DNA from: Eledone cirrhosa
Taxonomy: Eukaryota
DNA length: 64,000 nucleotides
Assembly (NCBI GenBank): GCA_964016885.1
Contig: OZ024743.1
Location: 126,418,001-126,482,000, forward strand
Direction: 5' to 3'
The notes beneath the pieces are model-generated. The model was not told the DNA's origin. It saw nothing but the letters and a program-made list of their open reading frames with translations, and did not search any database. How positions within the stretch are numbered: position 1 is the first letter of the stretch; every line of letters starts with the position of its first letter. Both the position numbers and the translations under genes were made by a program. Below are positions 27,529 through 41,497 of this stretch, piece by piece.

Positions 27529-28543
27529 ATGGAGCACAATATGAGTAGCAGTCTCAGGCGTGACGCTAACCACCCCAGGACAGACGACCCCAACCGCAGG
27601 ACACGTAGGAGGGGGCGGACGGGCGACCACCCCACGATGGATCTCCTGGGGCGGACAACGACCACCCCACAAATTCGGGCCACGAAGATAACAAAAAGCA
27701 TAGAGCCCAAAGGGGAAGCAACAGTGCGGAAACCACCAGCAACCCAACAAATCTCCAACAAATCACGACGCCCCCGACCCACACATATAGGAGGAGACAC
27801 CGAAAAATCACGTGGTACAACCCACCCTACTCAGCGGCCCTAAAGAAAAGCTTGGCCCGATTATTCTTTGGAGTACTTGACAAATGCTTCCCGAGGGACC
27901 ACAGATACCACAGGATTTTCAACAGGCACACTGTGAAGCTCTCGTAATCCACCACGAGAAATTTGGCCCAACACATAGCTAGCATCAACAGAAGTAGGCT
28001 TAAAAACCACACACAACCAGAAGATGGCAATACAAACACTCAGCAGAACCATGTGAAAGGAGGGAAGGGGGGACCCAGAGCCCACCCAAGAAACCCAAAC
28101 AGACCCAAGGACCCCCCACCGAGCCCGGGGGAAGACCAACATGTAACACATAACGGGAACCCTAATCTAGGCACGCAGAAGCCGACCACCTTCTGCAACT
28201 GCAGAAACCCCGAATCATGCCCCCTTGGTAATGAATGCCTCAAGAAGAACCTAGTATACGGTTGTAGGGTTAAAATCCCCAACTCCGAACACCTCTACAT
28301 AGGAGCCACATCAACGACCTGATCTGGAAGCTTAAGCTGGACAGGACCCCATACTCTCTGGCCTGGTACATAATCAGGAAAGTTCCACCCGATAAAGGGG
28401 GATCTTGCATATGCAAACTATGCCTGAATGAGACCCTCGAGATACTAAGAGGTGGAAGCGGCCTGATAAACCTCAGAACCGACTTCTTCGGGACATGCAG
28501 ACACCTTAGAGCCGGGACCTTTCTCAAGATATATGGACAGTAG
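27529..28543 (+). pseudogene. Naiad-type Penelope-like element relic: linker plus GIY-YIG endonuclease, no RT seen
   Basis: RKITWYNPPYS...FPRDHRYHRIFNRHTVKLS, CNCRNPESCPLGNECL, VYGC, YIGAT, CKLCLNE, CRH; frameshifts and a deletion; TTTTGCAG acceptor directly before the ATG. Confidence 0.8.
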
Positions 28544-29774
28544 CAACACAAGAAGATGTGAACTCCCCTCAAGCTATAGGGACTTCTACAGAAAACACCT
28601 CTCGGCCAGACCTCCCTCAAGCTATATGGGCAGTAACAACACCCTAGGTTGTGAACTCCCCTCAAGCCATAGGGAACAACCCAGGCTGAGCAGACACCAT
28701 GATAGCCTAGAGATAGAATCGGACACAGCCATTATAATTTGGCCAACATCTATATAACACAAACACTTTTTAATTTACTAGATTTTTGATTTTCAAGTTC
28801 CAATTTTAAATCTTGATTTCTCTTTATTAATTTGTTATTTGTTTTCTGCCCTCTTCACTGTATCACCTTATATTTATTTTTAAGTTGAGATTGATTATAA
28901 CACAAACACATTTAGTTTGATTATCTTATCTTAACATCTTGTCCTCATACCAATCTATCCAACATATTTCTGACCTTGAGATTGGTTATAGCACACACAC
29001 ACTTTATCCTACATTATTTTTTACTTCTCCATATTCATTTTCATTACCTTTTCACCAATTTTTCATTTATTCTTTATTCTTTATTCTTTATTCTTTATTC
29101 TCTATTTATTTATTTATTTTCAAATTATACAAATTATGTTAATTATTTTATTATATTATTTATTTATTTTCTGTTTTCTTCATTTATTGCCTTATATTTC
29201 TTCATATACATGGAAGAACCCCCCCCCCCCCCCACCACCACCACTATGAGAGATGGTGGCAGGAGGGATGAAGAAAAAAACACACACTGGATACTTCTAA
29301 ATTGTTAGCAGCAGCAAGATATAAGCTGACCACAACACCAACAACACTACCAACAACACTACCAAAATAATGGTAGAGGTCAAATGTACTTAACAATAGC
29401 AAACAAAAACACTACAGGGAGCCTCACTCCAGAAAGAATTCTATAGACTTCTGACTGAGGAATGCTCTCAGAACTGACCAATGGGAAGTTTGACACTTTT
29501 TTTGTTATTTTGTTCCTTTAACACCTTGTTCCTTCTACCATTTTATCAATTTTTTAAGCTAACTCCAACAATAACAACACTTAGAATGAGGAATGTTCTA
29601 ATAACTGACCAATGAGAGGAGAAGAGGACCTTTGACACTGAAATTCGTTTGTTTGAATTCATATGATTCCAGTTGCTCAGTGAAATAACCCAACCAGGAA
29701 CTGGGCATATCAGAGTATTGACAATATTATACACCTCAACAACATATGTACTTGTCTATACCATACTAATTCAA

Positions 29775-29829
29775 ACTGCCTGAAGAGGTCACAGCCAAAG
29801 ATGGCTGTCACTGAAATATATATAGCAGT
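29775..29829 (+). ncRNA. Minimal type-I hammerhead ribozyme at PLE 3' end
   Basis: ACTGC-CTGAAGA-GGTCACAGCCA AAGA TGGCTGTCACT-GAAA-TATATA-TA-GCAGT followed by AATAAA. Confidence 0.85.
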
Positions 29830-29850
29830 AATAAACGAAGCTAAATTTTA

Positions 29851-29881
<31 letters not shown>

Positions 29882-29885
<4 letters not shown>

Positions 29886-30099
29886 TGTAGAAAGGAGAAT
29901 AGGACACAGGTGCCCTCTGGGAAATGGCCATGCTCAGTGTGTAAGAAAGGAGTAGGTAGAAATTCCATTCTATATCCCAAATGCAAATTATGGATACATA
30001 AAAGATGTAGTGGGATCGCAGGTAAGCTATCTAAGAATGTAGATTTTATATGTGGCTGATGCTCAGGTGCAGTAACTAGCAAGGACCCACTGGATGCTA
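29882..30099 (+). mobile_element. RTE fragment (PHD finger region), left part of an element split by CR1
   Basis: GKWPCSVCKKGVGRNSILYPKCKLWIHKRCSGI...FICG*C. Confidence 0.85.
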
Positions 30100-32427
30100 T
30101 AATAATATATAATAATAATGAAATTATTGTGTAAAGTGCTCAGGTGCACTACAACTCATCAAAGGTGCATGTATAGTACATAGAATAATACACATATGTC
30201 AGGGATGTGAATAGTGTATGAGTCATGATATACATGTGTGTATGTGTATGGAGGGGAACATTAGGTGTAGTGTTACCGAATCTCGGGAAGCAAGGAGGCC
30301 TTAAAGGATGCAGTGTCTCGACAGCTAACAACCGATGCAGGTAGTTTGTTCCATGCTTCAGCAACTCTGAACATGAAAAAATGTTTCCGAAAGTCATGGG
30401 AACTGTACTGTTTTCTGACTTTGTGGGCATGCCCAGGGAAGCAAGGTGCTCAGAGTATGGTAGATGCCTGATGGAGGGTATTCGCTTGGTTGCACGTCTC
30501 TGAACAGTTTCCAGGTGGTCAATGTTCTGAGCAAGATAGGGGTTCCAGACTGGTGATGCAAATTCTAAGTGTGACTGCACCATAGCCATGTACAGCCTTA
30601 AATGGATAGCTGGAGAGCGGCTGACAAAGGTCTTGCTGAGTGATGCTAAGACACCCTCGGCCCTCTTGACAATTTCGTTCAACGCAAATCGCTGCTGACC
30701 ATAATGCCCAGGTCACGTTCACAAGAAGACTTCTTGATATTAGTGCTGTGGAGGGAGTATGTGGACACTGGGTTTTTACTCCCAAAATGCATGGTGGTGC
30801 TCTTGTCCACAGCTAGCTTGAGTTGCCAGTCTGAGATCCATTGTTGCATTGTGTCCAGGTCAGACTGCAAGCAAGATCTAGTGTTCAGGATCTGTCCTTT
30901 TTATCTCAAGGTACAGCTTGATGTCATCTGCGTACTTTAGTACCGTGGCATTCTTTAAGTTGGCATCTATGTCATTAATATATGCCACAAACAAAAGGGG
31001 GCCAAGAACAGATCCCTGTGGTACACCAGATGACATCTCATATGGTGAGGAATGCTGTCCCAGAACCGTGACTACCTCTCTTCAACTGAGAATGAAGGAC
31101 TTCAACCAGTTAAAAAGATCATCCTTCACACCCATTGCAGAGAGTTTTGCCATAAGCCTTTTGTGTGGCACAGAATTGAAAGCTTTCGCAAAGTCAAGGT
31201 AAACATCCACCCATGAGCCGCCATCAGTGATCCGGGTGATGTCTTCAAGAAACTCGATAAGTTGATCACAGCAGCGGGAGTTGGGGATAAATCCAAATTG
31301 CAAGGGCCGGATAAGACTGTGAGAGTTCTAGAAGTTCCAAAGTGTTTCTCTGACACAGGATTCCATCAGTTTTTCAATGCAACTAGTAAGACTGACTGGA
31401 CGATAGTTCACAGGTGATGTGCGGTCACCCTTTTTGAACAGAGGAACGACACTGGCAGTTTTCCACTGTTCTGGAGTAGCACCGTTGTTCAGATAGAATT
31501 GGAAGAATCATGATAACTGGTGCAGAAGGAAGTACCCACCACGTTTAAGAAGCAGGTACGTAACACCATCAAGACCAGGAGAGGCATGGTTGCGTTTATT
31601 TTTTAGGTGACGTCGCAGCATTGCAGGTGTAAATTCCATGGTTGTAATAGAGTCCGGTGTCATAGGTGGTGGAGATGGTACACTCTGGTCTTCAATAGTG
31701 AAAATGCCTGCATAGCATTCAGTAATGAGCTCTGCGCATTCCTTGGGGTCGTCAGTAACCTGGCTTCTGTGGGGATTGTGAAGAGGACCAACTGGAGAGT
31801 GAGGCCTCTGCTTTGAGTGAACATACTTCCAGAACACCTTACTGTCAGGGCTGGTTGCTATGCGCTGCTCAAATTGAAGCACTGCTTTTTTGTCACCTGT
31901 TTGAGGTGGTTGGACGATCTATTTCGCCTCTTCCTATTAATGTCTGATTTGTGCAGTTTGTACTCCCGTTCAGCATTGCGACATTCTTTTCTGGCAAGAC
32001 GGACTGCTGCAGTCTCCCAAATTGCACTTTTGGGATGTTTTTTCCGCTTACATGGCACCGATGCTGCACATGCTGTCCATATTGAGCTCAGGATGTTCTG
32101 GAGTACAGTGTTGACATCTCCAGAGTCGTAGAACTCAAGCCAGTTTGGCCGTTGCAACTCGGTGCAGTAACAGTTCCAGTCTGCTTTATTCCAGTCAAAG
32201 TGAGCAGTTTGGAGATGGTTGTGGTTCTTGTTACTGCCCATGAGGGATAGATTGGCAATGATCATAGCATGATCAGAGTCACCTAAAGGTTCCTCAGCAG
32301 TAACACTAATGACCGTTTCAGGAGTAGTGGTGAAGAGTAGGTCCAAAGTGTTGTCACCTCTTGTTGGGGAGGTAACTACTTGGGACCAATTCGAGTCCAG
32401 CACTAGTTCAAGGAAGTCATCTCCTGC
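30100..32427 (-). mobile_element. CR1-like LINE, 5'-truncated in the APE domain
   Basis: PTRGDNTLDLLFT, SDHAMI, SPGLDG, NYRPVSLTS, YLDFAKAFNSVPH, SGVPQGSVLGPLLF, YADD, ERDLG, LETVQRRATK; (ATT)n tail. Confidence 0.92.
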
Positions 32428-32660
32428 AACTGCTCAGATGGTTCTATAGAAATAGGAGACACTTTCAATTACCTGGGTAACAAAATCAGCAGTGGAGGAG
32501 GGTGCTCTGAAAGTGTAGTAGCCAGAGTTAGAACAGGATGGAAAAGGTTCAGGGAACTAATACGGTTGTTGGCCCTCACACCTCTCTAAGACAATGTCAC
32601 TGAATCAAGATGTTTGGCACCACACAGTTGTACAGAAGACCCGCCTTTCCTCGCATACAA
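32428..32660 (+). mobile_element. RTE fragment, right part of the split element
   Basis: NCSDGSIEIGDTFNYLGNKISSGGGCSESVVARVRTGWKRFREL continues the frame of 29882-30099. Confidence 0.85.
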
Positions 32661-32820
32661 ACCTACAGTCAGTAGGCACCTCTTAACCCAGTTTACACCC
32701 CACCCCACACACCCTACCCCATCCTGGATATAAAGTAGTGGCCGTACTCAAAAACGAGTTGGCAGCCACCATATATGCATATATATATATATAGATTGTG
32801 TGTATATATATGTGTATATA

Positions 32821-32863
<43 letters not shown>

Positions 32864-33199
32864 ATGTGTGTATATTTGTATTTGTATATATACATTTAAC
32901 TCCGAGTGGGACACAAGTTGCCTTCCAAAATAGGTATTATTAAATATTATTAATTATCTATTAAGGTTTACTAAATACTGATTCCTCAGGTTAACAGTAC
33001 AGCAATTTATAAGTTAATCCAATAACCAAATGTTTTCACTATATTGGAATTGGAACACCCCAGTGAAAGTCTATTTTATTAGTTCAGTTTATTTTATTTT
33101 TTATTTTTCATTTGTTACTTCCTATCAACCTGGTACTTAACATCCAATTAAAACATCTTCTCATTGAAGATTTATTATACCTAGGCCGGCCACTCATCA

Positions 33200-33382
33200 T
33201 AATAATTGTTTCTAGTTTTGGCACAAGGCCAGCAATTACCCAGTGCATTACTGGTACTTTATTTTATCGACCCCGTAAGGATGAAAGGCAAAGTTAACCT
33301 CGGCAAGATTTGAACTCGGACCATAAAGGGCCGTAACTCTTTGCTGCAAAGCATGGCATCCAACCCTCTACCGATACCGCCA
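33200..33382 (-). mobile_element. SINE family A
   Basis: Full-length match. Confidence 0.88.
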
Positions 33383-33721
33383 CAGCCACTCATCATAATA
33401 ATGATCTTCTTATCTCTCTTTCCCTCCTATGCATTCCTCCCTTTCTATGTCTTCTCCTTCTTCTGCACCTTCTCCTTCTATGTCTTCTTCTTCCTATCTC
33501 TTCCTATCTATCCTCCTATCCATCTTCTTTTGTCTTTGCACTGATATTCACCCACTTAACGACCTTAAATGATATTTGTGCATAGAATTCCACTATTCTC
33601 CTCCCACCTCCCATGGCCAGTATCAATCTAAGGTGGCAATCTGAAACATGTATTTATTTTATTTGGTATGTCTATTTTTATATCTACCCTGTTTATATAC
33701 TACCAATAAAGATTCTAACTT

Positions 33722-33849
33722 CATTGTTTCTGAAGAAGACGGTGTGATCGAACCTATATATGAAGTCTGATAGTATACAGTTATATAACTGCTATAGATC
33801 AGGCAATATGTCAATATGATCAACCTTCCGAAACTATCATAAAACAATG
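33722..33849 (+). ncRNA. Hammerhead ribozyme motif with ~93-nt stem II region
   Basis: CATTGTTT-CTGAAGA-...-GAAA-CTATCA-TA-AAACAATG: perfect 8-bp stem I; internal hairpin CAGTTATATAACTG; stem III imperfect. Confidence 0.7.
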
Positions 33850-33912
33850 ATATGAATAGGTAAAATAACATGACTTTGTTGTTTTTATTTTCATTGTTAA
33901 TTTAATACCTAA

Positions 33913-33959
<47 letters not shown>

Positions 33960-33994
33960 GGATTTTAATGGATACAGTTTAGTTAAAAGGAATT

Positions 33995-34108
33995 TATTGA
34001 CACGTGTTTCTATAACAGTTACATAACCTGAAAACAGCTGCTATCTACAAAGTATTAGTTATGCAGACATTCAATATTTCAATGTTATTATCAACTGTCA
34101 TTTCATCG

Positions 34109-34113
<5 letters not shown>
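33995..34113 (-). ncRNA. Hammerhead-like motif with CCGATGA variant core
   Basis: TATT-CCGATGA-AATGACAGTT...AACTGTTATA-GAAA-CACGTG-TC-AATA(AA). Confidence 0.6.
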
Positions 34114-34153
<40 letters not shown>

Positions 34154-34158
34154 CCTCC

Positions 34159-34193
<35 letters not shown>

Positions 34194-34208
34194 ACTGTCA
34201 TTTCATCG

Positions 34209-34255
<47 letters not shown>

Positions 34256-34260
34256 CCTCC

Positions 34261-34294
<34 letters not shown>

Positions 34295-34348
34295 CCTCCA
34301 TTATATATATATATATATGTGTCTCCATATATATATACATGTGCCTCC

Positions 34349-34424
<76 letters not shown>

Positions 34425-34427
<3 letters not shown>

Positions 34428-35098
34428 TCATCATCATCATCATCAACGTTTAACGTCCGTGTTCCACGCTTGCATGGGTTTGGACGGGGGTAGTCCCACT
34501 TGAGGCAAGAGTGATTGTCTTGCTCGCATAGGACTGTCTGGCAGGTTTTCTACAGTTGGATGCCCTTCCTAACACCAACCACATTTACAGTGTGGGTCTG
34601 GGAGGTTTTTACCGTGTTGCCTACACGGCCACATTACAGCGTGGACTGTGTGTTTTTTTGTCGTGACACCTACACGATCTCATTTGTTTCGGCCTCGAAG
34701 GCGCGGCACCAACATAACTTTACATAGAACGGGGTGGTGTGGATCGGGTGGGGGTGGGGGTGGTGGGACGGGGTGTATTTTGTTAGAGATGCCTACTGGC
34801 TGGAGTAGGTTTTACTATATATTTAGGTAAGGCGGGTCTTCTCTGTTACTGAGTACCGCCAAAGGTCTCGGTCCAGTGACATTGTCTTGGAGAGGTGTAA
34901 GTGTGTGATGTCGGAGTTTATCAGCTCGTCCCAGGTTTTTCTAGGTCTGCCTATTCCGTGACTACCGTCTATCTTTATTGCCCTGCACTTTGTTATACAG
35001 CTATCGACTTTCATGCGCATCACGTGTCCATACCAACGTAGCCTTCTCTCGAGTAAACAACATCTGATCCCTCTTATCTCTAATTTTTTCCTTAGTTC

Positions 35099-35103
<5 letters not shown>
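34425..35103 (-). mobile_element. RTE LINE 3' end
   Basis: WYGHVMRMK...GRPRKTW...DRDLWR, long 3' UTR, (ATG)n tail; close to 48727-49383 and 55763-56545. Confidence 0.9.
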
Positions 35104-35133
<30 letters not shown>

Positions 35134-35144
35134 TTCCTTAGTTC

Positions 35145-35832
<688 letters not shown>

Positions 35833-35924
35833 ATATATATATACTTACGGTAAACATTGATGCAATTCAATTCAAGCACTCAACGTACTTTTCCCACATA
35901 GGAGTGACGGAATATATTTAGAAA

Positions 35925-36314
35925 AAAAAAATGCAAAGTAGTTTCAGATGTTAAAGTCCTTTAATGATAATGCTGTGATACATATTTCAATGACGACAGT
36001 GGCCACACGATTCCATATACCCAGTGCCATGACATCATCAGACAGCTTCTTACATAATAAGGTTACATTCCCGAGGCAATCCAAATTGAATCAACAAGGG
36101 AACGGACAAAGCGGGTGTTCTTGAATCCTTCACCCGTTCCCTTGTCGATTCAATTTGGATTGCCTCGGAAACGTAACCTTATTATATAAGAAGCTGTCTG
36201 ATGATGTCATGGCACTGGGTACACGGAATCGTGTGGCCACTGTCGTCATTGAAGTATGTATCACAACATTATCATTAAAGGACTTTAACATCTGAAACTA
36301 CTTCGCATTTTTTT
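35925..36314. repeat. Inverted repeat, ~180-bp arms, 28-nt spacer; head-to-head PLE terminal-repeat pieces
   Basis: 35925-36105 pairs with 36134-36314 (about 9 transitions); each arm carries a hammerhead motif. Confidence 0.92.
35972..36046 (-). ncRNA. Type-I hammerhead ribozyme (the mirror copy at 36193-36267 plus has GAAG)
   Basis: GCTGT-CTGATGA-long stem II-GAAA-TATGTA-TC-ACAGC. Confidence 0.75.
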
Positions 36315-36330
36315 ATTATATATATATAAT

Positions 36331-36370
<40 letters not shown>

Positions 36371-36429
36371 CTTCACGTTACACTCCCTGGATATATATGT
36401 ATGTGTGTGTGTGTGTGTGTATGTGTGTT

Positions 36430-39380
36430 TTCCTCCTTCCAAGTACAACAAACTTCTACTCAAGGAACTAACCGCTGTCAAATTACACATCTCAGGACTG
36501 CCACTTTCAATGTTGGCACCCTGAAAAGTATATCAGGTGAAATTGTGGAGCTGATAGAGAGAGAGAATTCGATGTATGCTGTGTACAAGAGGTGAGATGG
36601 AGGGGTGCCTCAGCAAGACTACTCACAGGTAAACAATATAAATATAAACTTTTCTGGGTGAGAAATGATAATAGAGTAGGAGGTTTAGGCATTCTATTAG
36701 CTGAGAAATAGGTAGATAAGGTGATAGAGGTAGTTAGAGTAAGTGACAGAATTATCAAGCTTAGAATAGATGTAGGAAATAGAATGGTGACAATTATATC
36801 TACCAATGCACCACAGGCAAGACTGAGTAAAGAACAAAAGGACTGGTTCTATGAGGGACTTTTACAGACAACCTCAGTTACTAATGAAAGAGTCATCATC
36901 ATGGCAGGCAACTTCAAGTTGACATGTTGGACAGTACCAGGATAGATTCACAGTGGCTATGGTTATGGTTCAAGTAATTAAGAGAGAGTGTGGCTTCTGA
37001 AATTGTGATGCAAATGAACTAAACATTGGCAACAAAAATTTCAGGAAACTGGTTGGCCATTTGATCACATACCAATCAGGCAAACATTCAAGCCAGATTG
37101 ATTTTTTACTTGTAAGACAACGAGATTGATGGACAGTAATAAATGCTAAGGCCTTCCACAGGGAATAATGTACCGCTCATTACAAGTTAGTTATTAGTGA
37201 CATCAGAATAAACACAATACGGAACAAGATATGCAGGGAAACGTGGAGACGGGAGGGGGGGGGGGTGAAGAAAAAAGTCCTTTCTGTTAAATATAGTTTT
37301 AGAAAGGACTATGGGATGCATTTGATGAGAGTGACGACGAGTTAGATACATATGACATAGTAAACAATTGGAAATTCGTACATGACAACCCAATCCAAAC
37401 TACCAGCCAGACAGGGTGACCTGGTGGTGGAACAGCACAGTGGTTAGAGCCATTGAAGCCAAAGGTAGGCATGGAAAAACTTGAAATATGGAGGTACCAG
37501 AAACCAGTACCAGGGAGCTAAGAGAGAAGCTAGACAACAGGTATACATAGCTCAGAAAGAGGCTGACGAAAGTTTGCCAATGTCTGTGAAGATTAGAGAC
37601 ATGAGGTGTTCCATAATGCAAGGCAGTGTGTCAGTGTGAATCAGAATGTTGTTGGGGAAAAGTGTGTTAGAAATGATACTGATGTTCATAAGAAAGAGGC
37701 CAGGAAATGTTACTATGAGAGGCTGATGAATTCAGAGAATGAATGGGAGGATGAGGGATTTACCCCTAATTTACCCAACAGAGGGGCCAGCTATTGAAAT
37801 TGACAGTTAGGGTCAAAGAAGCAATGAAGGAGATGATGAATGGTAAAGCTGTATCGAGTGAAATAGGGGCCAAACTAGTAACCCACATAGTCTATCAGGT
37901 AATCCAAGACAGTCATACACAATGACTACCACAGCAATACAATTATGAATTGCTAGAAGGGTAAAGGGCATGCTCTAGAAAGGAGCAACTACAGAGGAAT
38001 AAAACTAATGGACCAATTTATGAAAGTGACAGAAAGAATTATAGCATAGCTAATTAGGGAATGAGTCAAATTAAATAAGATACATTTCAGTTTTATGCCT
38101 GGGAAAAGTACTACAGATGCCCTCTTCTTAGTGAAATGACTACAAGAGTCGTCCTTAGCCAAGAAGAAGCTGCTATATTTAGCTTTTCTTGATCTAGAAA
38201 AGGCTTTGACAGAATACCTTATTCTGTTATCTGGTGGTCCTTAAGAAAATTAGGTGTAAAATTGCAAGAACAGTGCAAGCAATTTACAGAGGAGCTGTCA
38301 GTAAAGTGAGAGTAGGAAGTGAATTTAGTGAGGAATTCAAAGTACAAGTAGGAGTTCATAAGAGTTTGGTTCTCAACTGACTACTATTCATCATATTTCT
38401 CCAAACTATAACAGAGGGGTTTATGACTGGCTGTCTTTATGCAGATGATCTGGTCCTTATAGCCGAATCCATAAAACAAAACTAGAAAATAAATTCCAAC
38501 TAAGTAAACGGGATTTGGGATCAAAAGGTCTGAGAGTAAACTTTGCCAAAACTCAAGTGCTAGTAAGTAGGAAAGAAGATGGGACCTTGCTTCCTTCAGG
38601 GACATGGCCTTGTTCAATATGTAGAAAAGGGGTAGGCAAAAACTCTATATGATGTACACAATGTAAATATTGGGTACTTAAGATATGTAGTGGAATAACA
38701 GGTAGACTAACATGATGGGAAGACTTTGTATGTAGAAGATGCACATGGCAGTGATATAGACCTTTTCCAATCACATGAAGGATCCATAGAAGTGGTTAAT
38801 AGTTTCTGCTAACTAGGAAACATAATTAGCAGTGGATAAGGGTTCTCTGAGAGCATAATAGCTAGAATAAGAATAGGATGGAAAACGTTAAGAGAGCTAC
38901 TCCCATTGTTGACAACAAAAGGTTTCTTCCTAAATACAAAAGGACGGCTGTATGATGTCTATGTGAAAAGTCTGATGCTGCATGGTAGTGAAACATGAGC
39001 AGTGACTGCAGAGGATATGCATAGACTGGGAGGAAATGAAGTAGCCATGCTTTGTTGAATGTGAAATGTAAATGTGAGAGAAAGGTAGAGCTTGGATGAA
39101 CAGAGGGAGAAACTAGGTTTAAGAGGAATCCAAAATGGTGTACAAGAGAGAAAACTGTGTTGGTACAGACATGTGATGTGCATAGATGATTATCACTGGG
39201 TGAAAAAATGCCAGGAAATCCCAGTGGAAGGAAGCAAGAGTAAAGGTAGACCAAGGAAGATCTGAGGGAAGGTGGTAAGAGCTGATTTCAAATCACTGAA
39301 ACTCACAGATGACGAAGGAATGCGACAAGTGGGAAGATGCTGAGCATGGAAAAACAGGTGTAAAAACAATGATGATGATA
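36430..39380 (+). mobile_element. Full-span, highly degenerate RTE LINE (same family as 13550-16380)
   Basis: ATFNVGTL start of APE, RT remnants, PHD finger at ~38600-38745, LHGSET, (ATG)n tail; many stops. Confidence 0.92.
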
Positions 39381-39399
39381 ATAGATAACATTCCTGGAA

Positions 39400-39520
39400 G
39401 TTTCTTCAACATGTGCTTTCTCCCAATGCACAAATATCACAGACTGTTTAATAGGCACACAGTCAAATGTTAATTCTCCACTATGCCTGACCTAGCAGAG
39501 ATAGTTGCAGCAATAACAGT
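39400..39520 (+). pseudogene. Short Naiad-type PLE fragment
   Basis: HKYHRLFNRHTVKC*FSTMPDLAEIV matches the linker in 27529-28543 and 46051-47478. Confidence 0.65.
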
Positions 39521-39679
39521 TAAAAGATTCAGGAGCACCCAACCAACATGAACAAAATGATAGCAACGGACTGACTGGATGCCCTTGTAGAGTAGTAATT
39601 TCCAGCCACACCAGTCAATGTGTATCACTAAGAGGACTTCACACACATTTCACAACTAATGAGACCTCTTCCTCCTCTC

Positions 39680-41100
39680 TGTTGTGATAGATACAACCTG
39701 TCCACGTCACTTTTGGGGGTGTAGAGCCCTTTGTAGTGTCATTATTTTCCTGGTATTTCTATCAAGCTATTTAAGTTCATCACATCTCCACTCTATCGCA
39801 TCAGTGCTATACCTTAGCACTGCAACAGCCCATGTATTGATGTCCAGTATCTTATTCCTACCACTTAACTTCGTCTTTAACACCAACTTTAGTCTCTGTT
39901 TATATTCCTTTGATGATAGTTCTTTCATTTCTTTCTCTTTCATTTGGTTTGTTTCCAAGATACCTAAGTACTTATACCAGTTGTCATCAATTTCCTTCAT
40001 AACTTGTCTGTTTGGTAATTAAATTCCTTCCATCTTATCAATTTTATATCGCTTCACATTTTTAGCATCGTCCACATTTTTATGCCAAATTCCATTCCTA
40101 TGTCTGTACTGTCTGGTTTATCTTCAACTCACATCTTCCGCACTCATAACCAGCCATTCACCTTCTCAGCACCAATGAAATGGAACCATTCACAATACAA
40201 GCAGCAAAGGTGAAAGACTGAAATATTCTTCTCTTGATCTTCACAACTCCCAATGTTTGTCTACATGATGTCAGCTCAGTCTTCCAACCATCCATACTGC
40301 TCACCAGAAACTGTTTAATGTTAGCTGCAATACCAAACATTTCCAAACATTCTACTATCCAACTATATGGCACCATGTTGTAAGCCTTGTAGTAATCGAT
40401 CCATGCCATGGCAAGATGTGTGTGTATCCTTTTACAATCTTTAAGGATCGCCTTATCAATCAATAATTGATACTTAGTCCCCCTTCTTCTTCTCCTACAT
40501 CCCTTCTGCACTGCAGGTAGTGTCTCCTCCAGATATTCATATATTGCCTCAGCAATGGCACCTGTCATAAGTTTCCACATAAGGGGGGAGGGAGGCAAGA
40601 GATAGGTCTAAAGTTGTCAATTGTATTTCCATTGCTGGCAACCTCTCTCCTTCATTCAAGATCTTATTCAGTTACTCAGCAATTCTCCCATGAAAAGCCT
40701 CAGCTTTTTCAATCAGAATCCTTGCACACCATTTCTGCCGGGAGTTTTCCAATTTGGTATCTTTCTACACTGGATAGTTACCATATCAGTTGTTATCTCC
40801 AATTCTCCCTGTTGATCATCCCCAATGCCATTTTTGATGTTAGTCAGCCATTCCACACTTCTATTGTGCTCTTTTCCTACACTCTAGATATCGCTCCAAA
40901 ATTCTAACTTTCATCCACATCAGGGATTACATCATCATTTAACTCCTGATAGAATCTCTTCTGATTTTGTTGGAAACATACATTCTTCTTATACTGTGTG
41001 ATCCGTTGTTCATACCTCTTAATCTTTGCAGCTTTGGAAAGTACCTTTTGTTTCAGCTCCTCAATTACCATAGTAATCTTATTTCTCCTGATATTGTACT
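39680..41100 (-). mobile_element. R4/Dong-like RT relic
   Basis: [51 protein letters not shown]. Confidence 0.85.
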
Positions 41101-41497
41101 TCCCTTATTATTATTATCATTGTTATTATCAATTATTTTATTGTCTTGTTGTTGCTGATGTTGTGGTTGTCAATGTTAGTTTTGTTGGCTTTGGCCAACT
41201 CAACACGGTATTAAAAAGATAAATGGCATTTGACCTAAAGGCCAGTCGACGTAACAGTTTTGTTGTTGGAGATGCTGTGGTGTGGCTTTGGTCATCTACA
41301 GACTTTTTGTCTGCATCCCATCATCCCCCAAACTCTATGATCATGTGTACAGGAGTGTAAGTGTACATGTGCAGTGTATATGGTTGTGAGCGAGTCTCCC
41401 CATGTGTGTGTGAATGTGTCTGTGTGTGCAGTAATAGGCCTATATACATCTGAACTAGGATACCATCAGATAGATTTCTGGTTTTGCTTGATTAACA

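Noticed and set aside
34140-34365. CRISPR-like short repeats with spacers
   Set aside because: Spacers are only (TA)n, the context is eukaryotic and no cas genes are present
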